This document shows positions 1 to 6,200 of a stretch of 33,181 bases of DNA, one piece after another. Each line of letters opens with the position of its first letter. Positions within the stretch are counted from its first letter, which is position 1. The stretch lies in the IMG/VR virus record IMGVR_UViG_3300017763_000088, positions 1-33,181 of that record, one strand, 5' to 3'. Source of the DNA: a virus. Taxonomy: Duplodnaviria > Caudoviricetes. A program made the translations under genes and the position numbers. The notes under the pieces were generated by a model. It saw only the letters and a list, made by a program, of their open reading frames with translations, did not search any database and had not been told where the DNA came from.

Positions 1-2
1 AT

Positions 3-644
3 ACAAAGACAGCTAAAGCAATTGGTATTAATCCAGCTGCAAGATGTACAACCGTGAAGCCCGCTGGGACGACATCTCTGGCATTAGGAACTTCATCTGG
101 TATTCATGCATGGCATGCTGATTATTATACTCGTAGAATTAGAGTTGGTAAAAACGAATCTATGTATAAGTATTTATCCGCTAATCATCCTGAATTAGTT
201 GAAGATGAATTTTTTAGACCTCACGATACTGCTGTAATTAGTATACCACAGAAAGCACCTAAAGGTTCTATATTAAGAGGTGAATCTCCTTTTAATTTAT
301 TAGAGCGTATAAAGAAAGTTGCCACTGAATGGGTTAAGCCTGGTCACAGAAAAGGGTCTAACACTCACAACGTTTCAGCTACTGTTAGTTTAAAGAAAGA
401 AGAGTGGGATAAGGCTGGTGAATGGATGTGGGAAAACAGAGATCATTATAATGGATTATCCGTATTGCCTTATGATGGTGGTACGTATACTCAAGCTCCA
501 TTTGAAGACATAAGCAAAGTAAAATACGATATGGCTATGAAACATTTAAAAGATGTTGACCTTAGTAAAATTGTAGAAACAGAAGATGAAACAGATCTTG
601 CAGGAGAATTAGCTTGTGCAGGTGATAATTGTGAAATTAAATGA
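3..644 (+). CDS. nrdJ: Class II (adenosylcobalamin-dependent, monomeric-type) ribonucleotide reductase, C-terminal part; 5' end lies outside the window
   Basis: The frame is open from base 3 (TKTAKAIGINPAARCTTVKPAGTTSL...). It contains the TTVKPxGT RNR signature, HNVSATV, GLSVLP and YTQAPFE, and ends in the C-terminal cysteine pair ELACAGDNCEIK typical of RTPR-like NrdJ. Confidence 0.88.
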   Translation, partial: TKTAKAIGINPAARCTTVKPAGTTSLALGTSSGIHAWHADYYTRRIRVGKNESMYKYLSANHPELVEDEFFRPHDTAVISIPQKAPKGSILRGESPFNLLERIKKVATEWVKPGHRKGSNTHNVSATVSLKKEEWDKAGEWMWENRDHYNGLSVLPYDGGTYTQAPFEDISKVKYDMAMKHLKDVDLSKIVETEDETDLAGELACAGDNCEIK

Positions 645-796
645 AACGATTAGCTGTTATAGGCGGTATTGGCATAATGACTATGGCTGGTACTAATATG
701 ATCTGGCATAAGCAAAAGCTAGATTTTAATCCGAATACACTTGCGATAGCAAGCGGCGCTTTTATAGTGTCGATAGGTATAACTATTAAAATATGA
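641..796 (+). CDS. Small (51 aa) two-helix membrane protein
   Basis: Own translation: MKRLAVIGGIGIMTMAGTNMIWHKQKLDFNPNTLAIASGAFIVSIGITIKI. Its ATG overlaps the nrdJ stop (ATGA at 641-644) and it has two hydrophobic segments. It is not in the supplied ORF track. Confidence 0.7.
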   Translation: MKRLAVIGGIGIMTMAGTNMIWHKQKLDFNPNTLAIASGAFIVSIGITIKI

Positions 797-799
797 ATT

Positions 800-841
800 A
801 TGTGTGACGGATGTCCGGGCGGGTTTTGCCCATGGTGCTAA
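800..841 (+). CDS. Putative 13-aa cysteine micropeptide MCDGCPGGFCPWC
   Basis: ATG at 800 and TAA at 839-841, 3 nt after the previous stop and immediately before the terminator. It has two CxxC motifs and forms a locally GC-rich patch in an AT-rich genome. Confidence 0.5.
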   Translation: MCDGCPGGFCPWC

Positions 842-845
842 ATAT

Positions 846-879
846 AAAAAGGGGAAGTCGTAATGACCTCCCCTTTTTT
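846..879. terminator. Bidirectional intrinsic terminator between the convergent gene blocks
   Basis: AAAAAGGGGA-a-GTC-gtaat-GAC-c-TCCCCTTTTTT hairpin with an A-tract on one side and a T-tract on the other, at the plus/minus convergence point. Confidence 0.85.
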
Positions 880-893
880 GGTTACAGGAACTT

Positions 894-915
894 TGGGTAT
901 GGTGCCCAGTTTTTT
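894..915 (+). terminator. Possible second, weak plus-strand terminator
   Basis: TGGGTA-tgg-TGCCCA stem (one G-U pair) followed by GTTTTTT. Confidence 0.35.
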
Positions 916-922
916 CGTGTTC

Positions 923-1249
923 CTAACGTCCGTAATTAGTTCCAGATTCTTTATTAGCATTAGCTTCCCAAGGTGCGTCTTTGCGACCTTGCCATTCTTG
1001 CTTGCTATACTTTTTACCTTTCCAATAAAAATTTTCATCATCCCAAGCTAAAGCCCCAGACTTAACGTCATCTACATGCCCAAGCTCGTGTTTTATAACA
1101 GATTTAATATGGCTATCAGGTATATCTTTGCTTAATGTTATGTTTCCAGCACTAGTTGTTCTACCTAAAACATTAGCATCATCTTCTATGTGACTAACAG
1201 AAGTATTCATTAGTCTCATGTCAAATTTGTTTTTTAATTTAAACGCCAT
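923..1249 (-). CDS. Small zincin-like metallopeptidase-motif protein (108 aa)
   Basis: VIKHELGH (HExxH, 1076-1090) preceded by G-x-T-x-x-G-x-I-x-L strands, with a distal PWEANA that could supply the third zinc ligand. Confidence 0.7.
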   Translation of the reverse strand: MAFKLKNKFDMRLMNTSVSHIEDDANVLGRTTSAGNITLSKDIPDSHIKSVIKHELGHVDDVKSGALAWDDENFYWKGKKYSKQEWQGRKDAPWEANANKESGTNYGR

Positions 1250-1258
1250 AATATATTT

Positions 1259-1522
1259 TTAAAATCTTGAACAACACCATCTTTTTCTAGCAGCTCTACC
1301 TCTTTTTCCAGTCCAGCTTTTTGATCTACTACAAAATGCTTTTTGTCTTTTATAAGCTTTAGTACCTGCTTTTACATCACACTTGGTTACTGCAGTTTTA
1401 AGTTTACTTCCTGGGTTTTTCTTTCTATATTCTTTAACTCCTTTTTCGGTCATACCAGCGCCTTCTTCAACAGTTCTAAAGTTACGACCTTTTCCCTTTG
1501 TAGTTTTTCTTGGTTCAGCCAT
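1259..1522 (-). CDS. Small basic phage protein (87 aa), recalled as DUF6321-like
   Basis: GAGMTEKGVKEYRKKNPGSKLKTAVT...RQKAFCSRS...ARKRWCC resembles a module widespread in marine phages (from memory). TAATG overlap with the upstream gene at 1520-1524. Confidence 0.72.
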   Translation of the reverse strand: MAEPRKTTKGKGRNFRTVEEGAGMTEKGVKEYRKKNPGSKLKTAVTKCDVKAGTKAYKRQKAFCSRSKSWTGKRGRAARKRWCCSRF

Positions 1523-1752
1523 TACTTTTTCTTTAATTCTTTTTTCATTTGTTTATCAGTAAAAGGAACATCAGCATCATCTGATTTACGTGTAATTATT
1601 TTTGTTCCATCACAGTATAACTCATCTTTTTCAGTATTCCATTCTTGTTCTCCACCTGGTTTCTCCAAGTACACAGCTTTTCTTTCAGCCCATAAAGCAT
1701 CACATGGGTTAGACTTCTTTTTTCTTTTAGTTTTTTTACCGTTACCTATCAT
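1522..1752 (-). CDS. Hypothetical basic protein (76 aa, MIGNGKKTKRKKKSNPC...)
   Basis: Start moved from the track's 1776 to the ATG at 1752, which forms an ATGA overlap with the stop of the 38-aa ORF. Its own stop forms a TAATG overlap with the next gene. Confidence 0.65.
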   Translation of the reverse strand: MIGNGKKTKRKKKSNPCDALWAERKAVYLEKPGGEQEWNTEKDELYCDGTKIITRKSDDADVPFTDKQMKKELKKK

Positions 1753-1865
1753 TTTTTCTTTTTTATCGGTACACAATTGTTTACCATTCTATTACCTTTT
1801 TTTTTCTTACCTTTTTTGACATATCCAGGCCAACAAGGTTTTTTATTTTTTCTTTTAGTAGGCAT
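1749..1865 (-). CDS. 38-aa basic protein with a CWxGY...NCVP motif
   Basis: Own translation: MPTKRKNKKPCWPGYVKKGKKKKGNRMVNNCVPIKKKK. It is coupled by TAATG (1863-1867) upstream and ATGA (1749-1752) downstream. The motif is recalled from marine phage proteins. Not in the ORF track. Confidence 0.75.
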   Translation of the reverse strand: MPTKRKNKKPCWPGYVKKGKKKKGNRMVNNCVPIKKKK

Positions 1866-2140
1866 TACTTTTTCTTTTTACGAGTTCTACTTGACGCTCC
1901 GCAAGGTGCGCCTGTTGCTACATTAATCCAGTTTTCTTTTTCAAACCAATCTTTTAAAGTAGCTCCTTTTTTACGAGCGCCTTTAACATTTGATTTGCTA
2001 GATCTTTTATATTTACCTTTGCTAGCAGCAGATTTTTTAGCATTAACTACTTTTTTCTTTTCTGCAGCTGACATAGATCTAACCTTACTCGCTGGTAAAC
2101 AAACTTTAGTAGTTCCTCCGCCTTTAACTTTTTTCGCCAT
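1865..2140 (-). CDS. Small Lys-rich protein (91 aa) with CLP..K..SMS..EK and L..WF.E.W...G.PCG motifs
   Basis: From the ORF track; it overlaps both neighbours and carries a conserved-looking Trp/Cys pattern. Confidence 0.72.
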   Translation of the reverse strand: MAKKVKGGGTTKVCLPASKVRSMSAAEKKKVVNAKKSAASKGKYKRSSKSNVKGARKKGATLKDWFEKENWINVATGAPCGASSRTRKKKK

Positions 2141-2702
2141 TTTGTTTTATATGATTGTATAACATGTCTCCAATTATTTTACCAAATTTTGAGTCTGATT
2201 CATAATGTGCTTTAGCAACATTTCTACTATCAGATATATTATTACCTAGTACTGTGAACCTATTAGTGTTGTTTAAATCATTTAAATAATTAGCAACTAA
2301 TCTACCCTGAGCAGAGTGTCCAGATGGATATGAAGGAGTTTTCATAGATTTTAACTCAATATCATTTAATTTTATATCATACTGTTTAGCAAGATCTTTA
2401 GGTCTAGGTCTATTAAAATGTAGTTTTAATTTTTTAATTACATCATCATAAGCATCTAAAGACATTTTTTTTACATTTTCTTTTGGAAAATTAAAATTAT
2501 TAGCTTCAGCAAAGTTTCCAAAAACTTTCATTATATCGTCATTGTTTTTAACAAAATTTTCGTCATCTTTAATTTTAGTCAGATCTTGTATTTCTCTAAA
2601 GGTTTCTAAAGAATTGTCTTTAGGTGGCTTTTGCATCTTTAATTTGCTTAAATCAAAGTTTTTAAACTTACTTCTTTTTTCCAACTCCCCAATTTTTTGC
2701 AC
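2124..2702 (-). CDS. PAP2/vanadium-haloperoxidase superfamily phosphatase; start codon uncertain (GTG 2702, ATG 2636, or a lost ATG near 2667)
   Basis: All three PAP2 motifs are present in order: KLHFNRPRP (Kx6RP), PSYPSGHS and SRNVAKAHYESD (SRx5Hx3D). Confidence 0.82.
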   Translation of the reverse strand: MQKIGELEKRSKFKNFDLSKLKMQKPPKDNSLETFREIQDLTKIKDDENFVKNNDDIMKVFGNFAEANNFNFPKENVKKMSLDAYDDVIKKLKLHFNRPRPKDLAKQYDIKLNDIELKSMKTPSYPSGHSAQGRLVANYLNDLNNTNRFTVLGNNISDSRNVAKAHYESDSKFGKIIGDMLYNHIKQNGEKS

Positions 2703-2817
2703 CTCTTTTTCTACACTGAACTAATTGACCAGACGCATAAGCACTAGGCCAAACTTTAACTGCTGCTTTAACTTTATGGTAGCATGCATCTTTTTTTGTT
2801 TTCTTTTTTCTAGCCAT
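2668..2817 (-). CDS. 49-aa basic protein with a DACYHKVK...WPSAYASG.LV.CRK motif
   Basis: Own translation: MARKKKTKKDACYHKVKAAVKVWPSAYASGQLVQCRKRGAKNWGVGKKK. ATG lies 3 nt after the upstream stop and the ORF fills an otherwise empty gap. The motif is recalled from marine phages (DUF5872-like). Not in the ORF track. Confidence 0.78.
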   Translation of the reverse strand: MARKKKTKKDACYHKVKAAVKVWPSAYASGQLVQCRKRGAKNWGVGKKK

Positions 2818-2820
2818 GAT

Positions 2821-3228
2821 TTATAATTTTCTACCTTTTTTATCTACTTTAACCTCTTTAACTATAACCCTAGTATTAGGTTTTTTATTTCTTAATTCTT
2901 CTAACTGCCTGTTAAGCTCTTCTAGTTTACCATCATTCTCTGTACCATCTTTAATTAAAGTAGATATAACATTTATTTCTTCAAATACAACATCATCAAC
3001 TTGTTCAAGCATATCAACTCTTTCTTTCAAATCTATTATCATATCTTCGTTCCACTTTTCTTTTAGCTCATATTCTAAACGAGTTACTTCTACAGGTGGC
3101 AATGTTTTAGCTTGTGCTATATCTTCTTGCAAAGTATAATACATACCTACTATTGTAGTTGTAAACATTATTATACCTATTACGGTTTTTATATCTATTT
3201 TAAACTCTGTATTTTCTGATATTTTCAT
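2821..3228 (-). CDS. Single-TM coiled-coil protein (135 aa); possible lysis/spanin-like or membrane-anchored protein
   Basis: N-terminal hydrophobic helix VIGIIMFTTTIVGMYYTL followed by heptad-like charged helices; ATGA overlap with the giant gene stop. Function is inference only. Confidence 0.7.
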   Translation of the reverse strand: MKISENTEFKIDIKTVIGIIMFTTTIVGMYYTLQEDIAQAKTLPPVEVTRLEYELKEKWNEDMIIDLKERVDMLEQVDDVVFEEINVISTLIKDGTENDGKLEELNRQLEELRNKKPNTRVIVKEVKVDKKGRKL

Positions 3229-6200
3229 TTTTCCATTAATTCTAGCAATTTATTAACTCTATCTTTTTCGTACTTTAAAGATTTTATATTGCTTTTAGTT
3301 AAACCTAAACTATCTAATTTTTGTATTTGTTCTTGTTTTGTTAATTTAAAATACTTTTCTGTATCTTGTTTTATTTTTTGATTTTTATAACTTGCTTCAT
3401 CAAGTACTGGTTTGTATGCATATTTTCTTGTTTTAGCTTCTTTTCTTTTTAACGCTCTTTCTTTTCTATCTTCTTCTTTTTCTTTTTCAGACATTAACTG
3501 CCACTCAGGCCAACCAAGACCCATTGCTAAACGTTTCCAGTTTTCATTGTCATCATTTAAAGCTCCTTTAATATTTTCTACTTTTTGATAAATTCTATCA
3601 AGAGGCACGTTAGTTGTAGAAGCTACTACTTTTGCAGCCGCTTCATAAGCTGGATTATTTATATTAAAAGGATCTTTAGCTTCTGGATCTTTTCTACCAT
3701 ATTCCCAAGTAGTCATACCTTGTTTAAATTTACTAACTTTAATATCTATAGGAGGAGAGACATCAAGCAATTTAAAAGCAACATCAGGATATTCAGGTCT
3801 TGACTTTTTAGATCTATCATAAATATCTAAAGCAATATTTTTTATTGTAGAAACAACAGCTCCACCAATACCAAGCCCTCTTAATACGTTGTCTGTCATG
3901 CTGTTTAAAGTTTTTACACCTTTGTATTTTTCTAAAAATGATTCTTGTTCTTCATCATCATCATTAAATGCTACGGCAAATAAAGCAGATTGCAGTGTGG
4001 TAAATATTATGTTTTGTAAAGCACCATAGTACAATATTTTACTTACATTATCTTTCCAATCACCTCTTCCATTAACTAAATCTAAGCTTGCTTTTTTCAT
4101 TATTCTAGAATATTGACTAGGCGTATTAGCAAATGCTAATATAACTTTACCAGCAGTACTAGCTTGTTGTTGAGATATTTTACTTGGATCAGAAGACTGT
4201 TGTGATTCTTCAGATTTAGCTTTGAAATCTTCAAAAGCTCTAGCATCTGCATCAGCTTTGCTTAATCCTTGTTTTAAATAAGCATTTACTTTATTTCTAT
4301 AATAAGTAGCACCACCGCTAGCTATAGCAAAACTATCTGCTATTTGAGTTAATACAAAACCTTTTTTAAGTAAAGTTGCTATAACAGCTTTAGCTTTATT
4401 TGTACTAGTTTTTGCTGATTCAGCTATTTCAGATTCACTTACATTTATTTTTAAACCATTACGTCTATCAACTAAATAATCTGAGTTCATTAAAGTCATA
4501 AAGTCAGACCAGTACTGAGGTTGATTAGCAAATGCCTTGCCAGCTTTGTACAAGTTGTTATCTCCAGTTAGCTCTATAAAGTTTAAAGAAGATATAGTCT
4601 GTAGCACGGCTGATCTAGCGTTTAAGAACATAACACCACCAATAGAATTATTAACATAGTCTAAGAACCTAGACTCTATTCTACCCATTGCAACACCTCT
4701 GTTAGTGCCTGTTTTCATTCTTCTAATAGAATCTTCTAAAGCTTCTCTATATTTAGATCCAAATGCAGCTTCTATTTTATTTAAGTTTTTATTTGAAAAA
4801 GCTTGGTCTATATTCTCGTTCCATTGTGATAAATACTTTGATCTACCTTGAGTTCTCAAACCTTCTCTCATATCAGTGGTAATTGTTCCAGCTAACCAGT
4901 TTTTACCAGGGTAATAATAGCCATTACTTTTATTTATGTCTATTAACTGACTAGAAAAAATACCAATTTCAGGATTTTCTTTTACAAATTCATCAACTTG
5001 TTTTAAATCTCTTTTAGATAAACCTTCTATTTTTATATCTTGTTTGTTCCAAGCATCTATTCTTACTATATCTTCAAAGGTAAAACCACCAAAAGCTTTC
5101 TTTTTTAAGTTTTTAGGTATACCTTCTAAGCTGTTTTTAAGAGCTTTAAAATCTGCTGCTAAAGTGTTTTGAGCAACTGTTAAGTCATTAATACCTCTGT
5201 TATAAGGTTTTATTAAGTTTTCTTGCATCCACTCCCATTGCGCATCACCTATTGATCCTTTACCTAGTAAGTTATATAATAAACCTCCAAAGTCTTCCGC
5301 CGATGCAGGTATTAAGTCAAAGCTTCTTTTGTCTCTACCCTCTGATTTAGCTCTTACATCTGAGTACTCTTTAAATGATTCAATACCAGTTTTTTGGTAT
5401 ATAATATCATTCATAGTTTGATCAACAGTTTCACTAAATTTTACTTTAGCTTGTTGCACTTTAGACTTAACATCTATAACATCAAGAGCTCTTTTAACTG
5501 CTTCTACATTTTGCGCAGCATCATCAGCAAAATAAAAGTCATTATAACCTTCAGCAGCTTTGTTGACTATCCAGCTTGACTTAGCAAATTCAGAACTATT
5601 TCCAAGGCCGGTAATGTTTTGTATAGGTATTTCAAGTCCAACACTTTTTAAAAACGACTGTATAGGTTGCGCAGATTCAGGAGCACGAGCAGTTAATACA
5701 AAAACATCTTCAGTTCCTCTAGCATTTTGTATAGCTTTAGCAACTTTTAATAATGGACCTGGTTTGCCATCTCTTACAATATTAAAGTCTTCAAAATCAA
5801 AACTTGCTCCTTCAGTTAGCAAATCAGAACCACGTTCTGCGAATTGTTCAGCTGTTAATTCTCCTTTAGTTCCATCTGGCATAGTATAAAATACTAAGCT
5901 ATTACTCTGAGCTAAAGTATCGTCAAAGTCAAATACTCTAATTTTCTTAACAGGAGCATTAGGATCACGAGCTATAGATAAAGCTTTGTCTAATATTTCT
6001 GTTTCAATAATAGTTATACCGTTGTTTTGAGTTTCAGACGGTTTCATTACTTGGCTACTATCTACAAGATCTACATTAGCTTTTTTAGTTTTAGGATTAT
6101 TATTCATTTTACTAAACCTAGTACTATTCTGTCCTATTTTAGTTCCATCTACTAAAGTAAATTCTAATAATTTTATTAATTCTGAGTATCTAGTGTCCCA

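Noticed and set aside
838-1051. ORFs 838-1041 (-) and 863-1051 (+)
   Set aside because: They are alternative-frame or antisense shadows of the HExxH gene and run through the terminator.
5916-5930. DFDDT as the catalytic DxDxD motif of a crAss-type virion RNA polymerase
   Set aside because: The fifth residue is Thr, and the downstream LTAR, K and FADD motifs complete a HAD fold; no other RNAP motifs were seen.
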